Below the pieces are notes generated by a model that worked only from the letters and a program-made list of their open reading frames with translations, was not told where the DNA came from and ran no database searches. Positions 10,241-22,881 of a stretch of 64,000 nt of DNA are shown in pieces. Source of the stretch: Felis catus (taxonomy: Eukaryota); contig NC_058368.1 of NCBI RefSeq assembly GCF_018350175.1, positions 77,316,001 to 77,380,000 of the forward strand, read 5' to 3'. A program made the translations under genes and the position numbers. How positions within the stretch are numbered: position 1 is the stretch's first letter; the number at the start of each line of letters is the position of its first letter.

Positions 10241-12584
10241 GGGAGATGAACAGTAGGGACAGTGCACACTCTCTTCAAAAATTTGCAGAGAGACTAAGGA
10301 AAATAAATGTATAGTAAAACCTTGGTTGTGAGCATAATTCCCTCCAGAAACATGCTGGTCATCCAAAGTACTTGTACATCAAAGTGGATTCCAAGAACCA
10401 TTGGCTCAGTTGTGATCATGTGACACTTGGTGTCACGTGCACTCATATTGCAAGATACCAAGTTAGAACGGATTAGAAATGTTTGCTCGCCTTGCGGAAC
10501 GCTCACAGAACAAGCTGCTCGCAACCCGAGATTCTACTGGACTTTCAACGTTAATTAAGTGAGAAGCTCTGAGCTATTCTTCCCATAAAATAAAGCATCA
10601 GCCAGAATGAATGGCTGTATCAGAACCTGGCTAAGCATCTTCTATCGCGTCTTTAGGGAAAAAAGATAATAGAGCTTATCTTGAAGACGAGCAAAGTTTT
10701 CAGGAGTGGAGGAAAAAATGTCCCCCCAGGTTTTAGGAGTCCAGAGAAGAGATTTAAGTCAGAACAGAGGAGCACAAATGCTCTCATTGTGTCCTAGGAC
10801 AGGAGAGTAACAAGGAGCTGTGCTGGGGAATATGGGAAGGGTCCTTTTGTCTCATTCCAGAGCACTAAGGAGTGTGTGCACCGGCTAGAGGTGAGAGGAA
10901 CTGAGGAAGCCCTGTATGGGGGTGTGGTGCCCACGCAGCAGCCTGGCAGGAGTTTGGGGACCTTGCAAAAGGGTGGAAAGGCAGCTTTAACTGCTGGGCT
11001 TAAGGGCTTGAGCTAAGGTGATGGCAGGGGAAGGTCACAGGAAAATTGAGCCCACCGGGCCATGGTGGAGGAAAATAACAAAGAAGACGGGGTCCGAACC
11101 AGTCTGAAAGTCTGGGGTGCTCCCACTGTGTGTCTTCTCAGTGCTAAGGCAGTGCCTGACAGAGTGTAGATGGCAAGTAGGTGTGGAATTGATGAACGGA
11201 AGAACGGAGTTGAAGATAACACCAATATTTTGACCCATCATACTACAGTTAGAGGAAACGAAGCTGGGGCACGAAGCTGGTGGGAAAGTAAATGCAATAA
11301 TTTAAACACACAGACTTGGAAGGGAGGGTGACCTACCCAGGAGAAAATACTCAGCATGCCATGCGACTCGTGGGGATTTAGGGCTGCAGGGAAAGGATTT
11401 GGTAACCTGTTGTGTAAAGACGATAGGGGGAGTCTCGGGACTGGATGGTATATCCAAGGACAAGAGACTAGAGAGAACAAATTCGGATTCAGATTGAACG
11501 CAACCGCCATTCTGGTTCACGCTGCACCCCAGGACTTCCATGACCTCGTGTGATCGTCGCCACAATGGGGTGAGGTAGACGCGAACACCTCACACGTGGT
11601 AGAGGAGGAGCCTGGGCATGAGAAACGGAGCACGGCTTGTCGAGAGGCCTGGGGTTTGGGGACAGCATGACTGAGGGCAGCTGTCTGTGCCCCAGGGCCA
11701 CAGAAGCTTCAGAGCGGGGCCTAAGGGGTAGATACTGGACACGGAGCACAGAGCTGACCGTTGCTATTGAGAAGCTCACATGTGCCTGGGGTTCGCTGGC
11801 TCTGACTTTCAAAGCAAATACAAACCAGACCATGCTTTATAACCTACTCTCACTGCTTCCTCCTCTCCCTACGACATTTTTCTCTTCTGGTTGGAACTTT
11901 CTGTGTATTTTTAGTCCCTAGTTTAGATATCACATTTCGGTTCAAACATAAGCCATTAAAATGACTTATAAGGTAAAATGTAAATCTTTTCCCAGCAAGC
12001 GGTCTATTTATACATTTTTTTTCCTTGAAAATAATTAAGGGCTTATTCATGCTTTTGGATTTCTTTCTTCTGACATGCATTTTTATATCACTATTAGCAA
12101 ATGGTATCAGACGCAAGATAATCTCCTCCAGCTAGCCGCAGGAGGAAAGCAAATATGTACTGAATGCCACTTAAAAGTTCTCTACACCTTGGCTTTCTTA
12201 AGTCTTTTACACATTAGGCTTATTTAAGCATATGACGCGGCTACCGGCCCCAGAGCAGAGCAGTCGAGGCACAAAGATCAGCAGAATGGATTTATTAAGG
12301 TATCGAGTCCCCCCACCCCCCCACCCCCCGTGCACTGAGTGTCACTGAGAAGAATCTCAAATCTCCAAAAAGATGAGGGTCTGAAAGCAAGACGGAAAAA
12401 GCGGTGCAAGTACCAGACCCAGAAATGAATTTTTCTATCGACTGGAATCTAAGCATCACTGCAACGTGTCTTACCACGCTTTCTTGAACTGAGGTATGTT
12501 TCACCCAGATGGCGAAACTGACATTTAAACAACAGGTTGACTTTTCAAAATAAGGGCGCCCTAATTTCCCCCTCTCTTCCTCCC

Positions 12585-12695
12585 TAGATTATGAGCCTAT
12601 TGATGGCAGAAAGCTGGATGTCATCTTTGAATCGCTCTGGCCTGGCCACAGAACTTGACAGATACTGAGAGCCACAAAATCTCCGTTGAATGGCT
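12585..12695 (+). mobile_element. L2 3' end fragment
   Basis: TAGATTATGAGC..GGCAG..CTTGACAGATACTGAG..GTTGAATG. Confidence 0.5.
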
Positions 12696-13939
12696 ATGCC
12701 AATGAGTCGGAAATCAAGGTGAAAGTCCACACACGTGAAGGAGGACCACGCTAACGTCCCAGTTGTCTTTCATGACTCCCAGAGTTTACTTTTTACCCCA
12801 AGACAAAGCTCACGTGGTCCTTCATTCCTCTCTCTCTCTGTCTCTCCACTCACTCCCACCACAAACAAAACAAAACGACCAGACAAAAAGGGTGGGGGCG
12901 GGGGGAAGAGTTAGTTGACAGATAAAATTAATCCCAGAAGACACGAGCCTGAAATGTGACCGAATCGATCGGTCGGCTGGGTTGACGAAATTAGGGAAAA
13001 GAGTTAAAGCAGGTATAAAGGTGGGATAGCAGAATGTGTGAAGACCACGATTTCTCTGCTTGCCTCGGATGGCAGCATGGGGTCGTTATCAAAGCAGTGC
13101 CTGTCACGCTGTGACCGAGACCCGTGAGGGCTGGGAAATCAGTGTGTGGGTTCCAGGGGGCTCTCCAAAGACTAGCCGAGGAGCAGTGGAGTGAGGCAAG
13201 AGAGAAAAGAGGAAAATTCATGAATCTTCTGATGCGCGTATGCCTGTAGAGATGACTAGGTCATAATCGCATGGGAACATGTTAAAAAGGTTTGCAAATC
13301 AGTGTAGAGAGGGATGCTACAATAAATTATGCTCTCAGAGTTAGGAGATTTAATTTCTTCTAGGCCTCCATAAAAGGCACGAGAGCTTTCCCCCCTAATC
13401 ACTCTGGCAGATCATATCCAAGTTGTGACAAGTCACTAGCATGCCAATTCCGTAAAGTCACTGACTCTGCGTGACCATAGGCGAAGCCTCGCCATAGAAA
13501 AGGCACTGCCTTCCGTGTGACATTTTCTCAAATACCGTAGAGACATCACTCGTCGCAGGGAAGGTCAGACTGATTCGGCCCTATGACAGAAAAGCCTGTT
13601 CAAGAACTCCTGGAAAAGAAAGCACTTTGGATATTTTCTCACCTCCTTGGCTCTCAGCTGATGGGGCGAAGGCTTAGCGCTTCTGTTAAGTGCTTTGCAG
13701 AATAACTTGGAAGCAATCGCGAGGGGCACGCTTGTTGTATGAATGCAAATTTTGGCTACAATGGCTTACCAAGAATGTATTGACCTTTGCTGCAAAAAGG
13801 GTTCATTAAGTATCCTTCATTTCTCCGAGCACCCATTTTCACATAGCTTGCTACAAATGTGCCATGTCCATGTTTCGTTTCTGATTTTGTTATTTATATC
13901 GCTAGTACCTAGTTAGCTTCTGTATATACGTATTTGTAC

Positions 13940-14200
13940 GTTCATTTATTCACCTTCCTTCCCCTTCCCTGAATTTTAACAACATTCCAGGTTATGTGCT
14001 CGATGCCGGGGAATAAGGACACATAGGTTGGTTCTGCCTTTAGGAAGTTTGCAGCTTAGTGTGGGGTAGGGGGAGACAGGTAGATGAGCCAGTGTGATGA
14101 GTTTCTTGACAGGGTGCTCCGGAAATATTGAGGAGGGATGTTAAGATCGGACCCGATGGCAAGGAGACCAACCCTGGAAAAGTGATACTTGAAGTTCTTT
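13940..14200 (-). mobile_element. L2 3' fragment
   Basis: TTCATTTATTCA; GTTCTGCCTTTAGGAAGTTTGCAGCTTAG; CCTGGAAAAGTGATACTTGA. Confidence 0.55.
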
Positions 14201-14919
14201 ACCACGTATCCTGCTCTCTACGAGCAATTTGAGATTCTAAAGTGTGTTCATCTTATTGTTTCCCTCAGTGGGAAGATAAATGTTATTCTCACAGCTAAGA
14301 TCTTCCCAACTGGCCCCAGGTCTCCTTCTAGCCTTGCCTTCAAGTCTCAGGTATGAATTCTACACATCCCTGAAGCTGGTCCAGTGACTGTTCCTACCTC
14401 TGTCCTTCCCTTATTTCTAGTTAATTATCTCAAAACCCACATCGGCAAGAGTAGAGATCATTAAATATGTCAATTATTCACCCCCTTCCCAGCTAAAGTC
14501 TTTGGCTGTACCTGTACCCAATCTGAGCTGCGTCCCTTTTGTTTCAGGGAAAATACACACCGTCTCCTCTCTCTTCCTGACCTTCACTACATGTGTTCCC
14601 TATGAATTTGTCCTTACCCCTCTCACCTCCTTCTCCCCTCCACCGTCTGTATTTTACTGGGTTGTTTCCTCCAAGTGTGTGGCTTCAATTACTGCACAAC
14701 AACCGATGACTCTGGAAAAGCAAGGTCTAGCTAAGACTTTTCACCCAAGATCCCAGCCTGCATTTCCAGCAGGGTGTATGCAGTGATATATCCCTTTCGT
14801 ATTATGAGAAACATGGTTGAGACTGGAACCAGCCCTGCTTTTCAGCCTGAAGGAAATAGTTTTAATTAGATGGAAATAGATTAATCAACTCTTATTCATG
14901 TAATAGTAAATGGTCACCA

Positions 14920-15150
14920 ATGCCAGCTGAGCCCTGAGATCCAGGATATATGCTAACTGCCCTTTTTCCTGCCTCATCGAATCCTCACGACAACTCCATG
15001 TGGTAGCTATGAATATTATGCTAATTTCATAGAACAATAGTTTTAGAGTGACTAAATTACAATTTCCTCCAGGCCACCTACTTCATATTTAGTAGAATCC
15101 AGCCAAAAATACAGGTCTAATCTAACCATTGACTGGAATCCTTGTTTTTA
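14920..15150 (-). mobile_element. MIR
   Basis: CTCATCGAATCCTCACGACAACTCCATG..GTAG..TATTATGCTAATTTCATAGA core. Confidence 0.65.
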
Positions 15151-15789
15151 AACACCTCAGTCTATTGGTCTCGAATGTAAAGACTTTTCAACTTTTTTAT
15201 TTTTTTACGCATTCCGCAGGGACCTGTGTTCATCTCATTAAAACTCCTACAGGTAAATATGTGGTTTATCCTCATACTTTGCCAACTAGAAACGAGAATA
15301 CAAGGAAAGAACATGAGGAAGGGCTTTCAAAATAAGCATGTTCCCACCGTGAATGGCAGGGCAGGAATTAAATGCAAATTTAGCAATGGATATTATAGAG
15401 CATAACGAAACAGCACAGGCTGCAGAAGCGAACTCTAAACATGTGACTTTAACTTCTTACACATTTTGAATTTTAAAAAATTATGAAGACTGCCTAAGTA
15501 TTGATATAAAAATATTTATTTGATAGACTATACCTTTCCTAAACTCATAGAAGCAAGAGCTGGTAATTCTCAAAATCACTAAAGAGAATGTCTTTCTCTT
15601 TTTAGTGTTATTTTGAAACGAGCTTCCTTAAGAACTATTCTTTTTCAGGACATCATGAGCTACGACTCTTTTGCGATTTGTTATCTGTGATGACAAAATG
15701 AAATATTACTGCACAAATTCTTTTTTGCCCTAAGACGAGAGCTAACTGCTGAGACAGCTCCCACGAATAGATAGATAAGACTGGCTTCA

Positions 15790-15910
15790 AATGACAGAAA
15801 AAGCAAAACCAACATATCAAATGCCTTACAAAGTCAAGCAAAGAGCGATAATTTTGTTCCTGAATAATCATAAGGTCAGGGAAAGAAACAATATGAAATT
15901 GATTGCTTAA
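15790..15910 (-). mobile_element. Possible CR1/L3 reverse-transcriptase relic
   Basis: Minus strand reads IVSFPDLMIIQEQNYRSLLDF and, after one frameshift, KAFDML; compare CR1 LISFFD..YLDFSKAFD. Confidence 0.3.
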
Positions 15911-17038
15911 GGACAGTCTAGAGGACCGAGTTTTTATTCTTGTGGATGTATATCTAAATCCTGATCCTGTGAACTCTCTCACAGGGTCATAAAGAGTCTT
16001 ATCCCATATTGTTGACAAATCAAAAAAAAAAAAAAATCCTTTAAGAAGTAACACTAAATGATAAAATAAACAGGAAGCAGATAAAATGACAAATGTTAAA
16101 GTTGAATAAACTCTTGGGTGATGGATGTTAAGGTCATTTATGAAAAAAGTTTCTGGTTATTTTCAAAGACCGATTCAAAGTAACATAATTTCTCCCAATT
16201 CTCCCCCAGAAGGGATGGGCTTAAACATAGGTAGTAGCTAAATATAAATGTTACCAGTATTCATATTATTTTTATTACCAAAGAAAACACTATTAAACAT
16301 CCTTGATTTATACCTTCTCCCACCCATTGTTTCCAGAACACTCCAGACAAGTCCTGGTTGATCCTCCTAGCTTACCCTTTGAATTCTGTCTCTGGTTGCT
16401 GCAGTCACCATTCTAGGCTTGGGCTGAGAGTTCCTGAGTGACTCCTATTCCTGTGTGATTATTCAGATGGCCTCAGGCTATGGGCCAGCTGCCTCTGCTT
16501 AAGGAAGGGCCCCTGGCATAGAGCTAGACTTCCTAATAAGTTCTCACTAGCGATTTTCAATACAGCTTAGTAGGTAACTCTCTGGCAATGTCTACAGTGC
16601 GCAACCAAATTATCCTTAAGGAAGAGCTTTTGTGTTTCCAGAATCTCTCTCTCTCTCCCACTTTAAAGTCATGTCTGCTTCTCTTGATTCTTAAACACAC
16701 GGTCTCACTTGTGCTGTATGTAATCCCGGGTTATCAGTTTGAAATGTATTTTAAGAAGAGGTGACAAAATCTTCCTTGAAAGTTGTTCTGATATTTTTCT
16801 TGGAGATAATGAATTTAGACACCGACTAATAACAAAGATTATGTCCCAAAGTCCTGTCTGAAGTAGTTTGGGACTTAGAACAGAAACGTTATAAAAGTTG
16901 TTACAGTGTGCATGTAGCGAGATAACATCAAATTGAAATATATCTTTCTAAAACCATCGTAACATCAAATTAAATATGAGATATATAAGCATTCAATTTC
17001 ACATAAGCTTATGTTTTCCCTTTAAAAAATTATCTTTA

Positions 17039-17235
17039 GGGGCTCATTCTGTTAAGCGTCTGACTTTGGCTCAGGTCATGATCTCACGGTTTGTGGGTTC
17101 GAGCCCCATGTCGGGCTCTGTGCTGACAGCTCAAAGCCTGGAGCCTGCTTCCGATTCTGTGTCTCCTTCTCTCTCTGCCCCTCCACCACTAATGCTCTCT
17201 CTCTCTCTCAAAAATAAATGAACATTAAAAACTTT
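17039..17235 (+). mobile_element. Can-SINE (small 5' deletion)
   Basis: Body and tail intact; TSD AAATTATCTTTA. Confidence 0.95.
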
Positions 17236-17839
17236 TTAAATTATCTTTAATAATTTATTATGACCTCATACTCAAAATGTCAGTTGTGATGCTGAAATGC
17301 CCTTAGAATCCCTAATACTTACATTTGGAAAATAACTGCCTACTCAGTAGTTACGGTCTTTAGAAAAAATGTGAGTCCTCATGTATAAAAAATTATCCCA
17401 TGCCTCCCGTGCACATTAGGCTATTGATTATCACTTTTTAAAAATCTGATTCACTTGGGAAATTGATTAATGGCAATGAAACCATCCTTAGAAAGATTCT
17501 CATTTGAATTCCTATACTATGTGTTTTTAAGGCAAGTTCCATGGGCCAATCAACTCTTCAAACCGTTGTCTCTCAATTCCTTGGTTATCAGTTGTGGTTC
17601 CCCCAGTGAACCGTTGCTCTTATCAGCCAAGGAGAGCCATTTTTGAGCAGTTTCTCTTCCCTGCCTCATAGAAAACTAAGTTGACTCTATTCTAGAAGTA
17701 TCTCTCTGTAGCCTGTACAGCAACATTGCAACTAAAGACAATCCTAAAATATGCAGTACCCAGATCATTTCTAGTCAAGAAAGATGAATTCATTTGAGAA
17801 GCTCAAAGTAGCTATGCTATTAGCTGCTGGTACTATAGA

Positions 17840-17865
17840 TTTTTTAATGCTTACGTATTTATTTT

Positions 17866-17909
<44 letters not shown>

Positions 17910-18053
17910 CAGAGAGAGAGAGAGATCTCAAGCAGGTTCCTGCATTGTCAGTGCAGAGCCCCATGCAGGGCTAGATCTCACAAACTGTGAGATAATGACC
18001 TGAGCCCAAATCAGGATTTGGCTGCTTAACCAACTAAGCTACCCTGGTGCCCC
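17840..18053 (-). mobile_element. Can-SINE with internal (TG)n(AG)n microsatellite
   Basis: Antisense head at about 18050; CTGCTGGT on both flanks. Confidence 0.93.
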
Positions 18054-18109
18054 TCTGCTGGTGTGGTTAATAGCAGGATTTATTCACATTCAGTTCATCA
18101 AACCAAAAT

Positions 18110-18300
18110 GGTGACTAACGGTAATGAAGAAATATTTATGTTATGGACGCTTCATACATATCATCTGGAATGTCTAAGACATTCTATCAGGGTAGTTGTA
18201 TTATACCTGTTTCATAGATGGGGAGATAGGTTCAGAAAGGTCTAAGTAATTTGTTCAAAATCGTAGTTAGTACCTCGCTGAGGTGGGGTTCAGATTGTAT
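18110..18300 (-). mobile_element. MIR
   Basis: TATTATACCTGTTTCATAGATGGGGAGATAGGTTCAGAAAGGTCTAAGTAATTTG core. Confidence 0.7.
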
Positions 18301-18367
18301 TGTTACAGGGTCAATCTCGGCAAAACACTCCTGGTCACTTGACAATATTTAGAAGGGGCTAGATGCT

Positions 18368-18734
18368 TATATTAGGCAGGGTTTTCCATAGAAATAGAGC
18401 CTACATGAGATAATGGGGGCTGGCGTGTCCCAAATCTACAGAGTAGGCTAGTAGGCTGGAGCCCTGGGGAAAAGTTGATGTTGTAATGCTACAGTCTTGG
18501 ATCCAAAGGCCATCTGGAGGCGGAATTCCTCCTTCCTGGGGAAATCTTAAGGCCTTCAACTGATGGGATGAACCCCTCCCAACATTATGGAGAGTAATCC
18601 ACTTTACTCAGCGTATACTGATTTAAATGCTAATCTCCTCTAAAAAATATCTTCACAGGAACATGTAGATTAGCTTTTGACCAAAAACGGGCGCCATAGT
18701 CTAGCCAAGTTAACAGGGAATATCAACCAACTCA
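18368..18734 (-). mobile_element. MLT2-type ERVL solo LTR
   Basis: TATTAGGCAGGGTTTTCC start; CTTAAGGCCTTCAACTGAT; CTAGCCAAGTTAAC...AACCA end. Clearly homologous to 52851-53227. Confidence 0.85.
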
Positions 18735-20389
18735 ATGCACACTAGGCAGAAATGTAGTAAAATGTCAGGAACCTGGCTGGTGATTCACAGTTTGGGAACC
18801 TTTCTGAGATTCTGTGATTTCATCATTCTACACGTGAAGCAAACTGCAGATGGTCTGGGTGCTTAGAACCGAGCCAGGAGATGTGTCTTCAAAGAGTTCA
18901 CCATCCAATAAGAGAATCGACATGAACACAAAGAAGGCCCAATAAAGATGAAGTTTACCAAGTGACTTTCTTGACTGTTTATAAAGAGATGGTGGACATT
19001 TGCCAGTGCTCTTTGGTCTTGACCTCTTTCCTGAACCATCGTGGCTGGCCAGATTTCAGAATGAGGAAGCAGAGATCAGAAAGGTCGATGTCGTAAGTCA
19101 GCAGGGCTGAGGCTGACCTGAGATGTATCATGTAGCCGTCAGTCCCTTTCCTGCTGGCTTGTTTTCTGCCTCTGCCTCACCAGTCCAGGGCAGTTGGGGT
19201 AGCAGAATGCTCCCGGGCGGGAAGTCAAAATTTGCACAGAAGTCTGCCTGGACTTCCAGCAGAGTTGCAGAACTACTTCAATATTCTTGACCAAATAGTA
19301 CCCCTCTTGTTGAGTGCCTTGGCTCAGATTCCGTTTCAGGCGGAGACAGTGGGCAGCAGCTAGTGAGGAAGGAAGGCCTTGCTAAGTGGAGGTCCATTGT
19401 ACAGCCTCGGGTGTGATGGGTACTGCAGCCTGATGACCTTGACGTCCACGATCTAACCTTGACCTGTGAGGCTTTCTCATTGCCTGAGGCCCCCTGATGA
19501 AACCTACACATGAGGGTAGCACTCAACGGATTTCAAGTGCAAAGTCAGCTCACGGCAAATATGATGAAATACTCTTCCCTACCCCTGCCTACTCCAAAAT
19601 TACTCTTCCAGGAAATCTCAGTAATGGCCAGAAAATAAACGATCCTCTTTTATTCCTACCCAAATTTATTGTGCCACCTGGCTTACAGTCTCTCCGTCTT
19701 GCTAAAGGTCCCAAATCATGATGTGAAGAACGACAACAAAATTTTATTAGGAAGGCCTTTTATAAACATTCTGAATTTAACTGTAAAAATGAATAAGCCA
19801 TTAAAAATCAAGGCTGCCTTCTGAAAACTAAATCAGCCTCCAGCACCTTAGAGTTTCTAATGTAAGGATAAGATTTTAAAAACCAAGTTACTTAAGAATT
19901 TGAACAGAAACTTCACACCTGCAAATCATCTTAGAAATGTGCAAAATGCAGACACATTTTTAACAAATATAGAAATAACATCCACACATTGGAAATAGAA
20001 ACTGAGAAACATGAAATCTTACAAACTTGCAATAAACTTTTGAGATGAAAAAATTAAATGGCCCCCAAAAGAACAGATCGGTGACTTTTAATCATTCTAA
20101 TGCTAAGCTGGGGAGACATTTACTATCTTTTCTAACACATTAATTTTTATATGAAGACATTTCAGAAATCACTGGACCGAAAATATAAATTTAAAACAAA
20201 GATTTTTTGTAAGAGGGAGGCTTTGGCTGTGCAAAATTTGAATAATGTAATTAATTACATTAATTTCATGACTTTACCCCACCAATCCTTATGCCATGTT
20301 TAACCTACAAAGAGGAGTTTGCTCTCACGGTGGTTTATAAGAGGAGTATTGGAAATGCTATAGTAGCAAGCAAGAAATAATTAGAAATC

Positions 20390-20615
20390 GGGGCGCCTGG
20401 GTGGCGCAGTCGGTTAAGCGTCCGACTTCAGCCAGGTCACGATCTCGCGGTCCGGGAGTTCGAGCCCCGCGTCGGGCTCTGGGCTGATGGCTCAGAGCCT
20501 GGAGCCTGTTTCCGATTCTGTGTCTCCCTCTCTCTCTGCCCCTTCCCCGTTCATGCTCTGTCTCTCTCTGTCCCCAAAATACATAAACGTTGAAAAAAAA
20601 ATTAAAAAAAAAAAA
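20390..20615 (+). mobile_element. Young felid SINEC_Fc
   Basis: CpG-intact copy; TSD AAGAAATAATTAGAAA. Confidence 0.98.
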
Positions 20616-20902
20616 AGAAATAATTAGAAACCAATATATGACCAAGCATTAAGTAATGTGTTAAAGCATTTGAATGCAGCAGACATCTAGACAAAGAGGA
20701 GACAGTGGGTGCAGCCAGGAGGATATCATGGTAAATCCAAAACCTTCCTGAACGAAACTACCTGTGCATTGAATTCAACACATATAGATACAGCGACAGA
20801 TTTTCGTGTTTGTTAGGCTTTCAGGGAATAACAGGTGAAAAAAATGCTTTTAAAAAAATTTTTCAGAATCGTTACCTGTATTCTATGATTTGATAATTTG
20901 GG

Positions 20903-21112
20903 TTTTTTTTTACATTTATGTATGTTTTGAGAGACATAGACAGAGCACAAGTTGGGGACGGGCAGAGAGACAAGGAGACACAGAATCCGAAGCAGGCTCC
21001 AGGCTCTGAGCTGTCAGCACGGAGCCCGACGTGGGGCTCGAACTCACAAACCGTGAGATCATGACCTGAGCCGAAGTCGGACGCCTAACTGACTGAACCA
21101 CCCAGGCGCCCC
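20903..21112 (-). mobile_element. Can-SINE nested at the tail of the next SINE
   Basis: TSD TGATTTGAT(A/C)ATTT. Confidence 0.95.
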
Positions 21113-21123
21113 TGATTTGATCA

Positions 21124-21180
21124 TTTTTTAAGTTTATTTATTTATTTAGAGAGAGACAGAGACAGGATAGGTGGGGGAAG

Positions 21181-21220
<40 letters not shown>

Positions 21221-21343
21221 AGAGAGAGAATCTCAAGCAGACTCTGGCCTGACAAGGGCTTCCAACTCAAGAAACCATGAGATCATGACCTGAGCTGAAA
21301 CCCAGAGTCAGCTGCTTAACCGACTGAGCCACCCAGGCGCCCC
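21124..21343 (-). mobile_element. Can-SINE
   Basis: Long (GA)n; CTA(T/C)GATTTGA flanks the composite. Confidence 0.93.
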
Positions 21344-21458
21344 CTACGATTTGAGAATGCTAACCTAAGAATGGACACTATGGTCACTCAAATAAAATTT
21401 AAAGAAGGCTAGATGTAGTTTTCAGTACCCCTGTCATCAGCCATAGACTAAATTAATA

Positions 21459-21682
21459 TTTTTTTTTAATTTTTTTTTTCAACGTTTATTTATTTTTGGG
21501 ACAGAGAGAGACAGAGCATGAACGGGGGAGGGCCAGAGAGAGAGGGAGATACAGAATCGGAAACAGGCTCCAGGCTCTGAGCCATCAGCCCAGAGCCCAA
21601 CGCGGGGCTCGAACTCCCGGACCGCGAGATCGTGACCTGGCTGAAGTCGGACGCTTAACCGACTGCGCCACCCAGGCGCCCC
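21459..21682 (-). mobile_element. Young felid SINEC_Fc
   Basis: CpG-intact; TSD TAAATT(A/T)ATATTT. Confidence 0.98.
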
Positions 21683-21989
21683 TAAATTTATATTTAAAAA
21701 CGCAAGCAGTCATCAAGTCCACCTGTTTTCATTCCCCAAGTATTTTTTATTTTGCTCCCACATTTCATTCCCATTGTCCTTGCCACCGGCCACCCAAAAG
21801 CCGGCCCACGGCACAGCTCCAGGGGCAGGGGGCACGCCTGCTCGGTGAGCGTTCCCTTGGTGTCCCTCCGGTCCCTTGGGCTTGAGGCCACCGCAAGGCT
21901 CTGATTCTCGTCCCGGAGCTCCCGCTACTTTATCCTGCTCACAGATTTTTTTATCCTTTCTGGTTGTTTTTTGTTTTTTTGTTTTTCCC

Positions 21990-22595
21990 CATTCAAATCT
22001 ACTTTCTACACTGGCACAATAATTACCTTCCGAAAATGCGAATCCGACTCTGTTCTAATTCCTTATGTCACCATTTCCTTCCTCCATTTATTTATTCACG
22101 AGTCGAAACACTACCCATAAACTCATAGTTTTTATAAGAACTACTGTGCTCCTCGAAAGCAAATGTAAGCTGCATGGCATCACTTTTTTGCTTCATTTCC
22201 ACAAGTATTTGTCATCGTAAGTCGGAACTTGGGTGGACCCTGCAGCGGCAGAGCCCCCTTGACAGACCGGCCCATCTCTCCAGACTCCTGGCTGCTGTTC
22301 ATCTCGTTGAGGACCCCGCAGCTGCTTTCTGGAAAACACCGGGCTGTTCTCTGGCTCTTTGCTTTCATGTGTGCTGGGGTTTTTTTCTCTGAAGTTTCTT
22401 TTCTCTGCCTTTTCGTCCTTCAAGATCCACTAGAATGCCTACAACGTCAGCAGGAGGCTGCAGGAGGGAAGGGGGTTTGTTTTCTTTTCCCTGAGGTATC
22501 CCAGGCACCCAGAATGGTGCCTGGCTCGTTTGGTGGACAATAAACATCAGCTGAATGAATGAATGAATGAATGTATCAATGAATCAGTGAATGAA
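21990..22595 (+). mobile_element. L2 3' region with (AATG)n tail
   Basis: CCCAGGCACCCAGAATGGTGCCTGGC...AATAAACATCAGCTGAATGAATGAATG. The 5' boundary is uncertain. Confidence 0.7.
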
Positions 22596-22664
22596 GGCTC
22601 AGCTCCTATTGTTTCTTCTGGGAAGCATGGGAGTTGGGGAGTTACTTTTTTAAAATATTTTATT

Positions 22665-22881
22665 AAAAAAAAACTTTTTTAAGTTATTCATTTTTGAGAG
22701 ACAAAGAGAGATGGAGCATGAGCAGGGAAAGGGCAGAGAGAGGGAGACACAGACTCCGAAGCGGGCTCCAGGTTCCGAGCCGTCAGCCCAGAGCCCGACG
22801 CGGGGCTCGAACCCACGAACTGGGTGGTTATGACCTGAGCTGCAGTCGGACCCTTACCCGACCTTGCCCCCCAGGCGCCCC
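22665..22881 (-). mobile_element. Can-SINE
   Basis: Antisense full copy. Confidence 0.95.

Noticed and set aside
15640..15692. Acceptor-like TTTTTCAG followed by IMSYDSFAICYL, resembling the olfactory-receptor MAYDRYVAIC motif
   Set aside because: The R and V are missing, stops follow immediately, and no other receptor motifs flank it. Likely chance.
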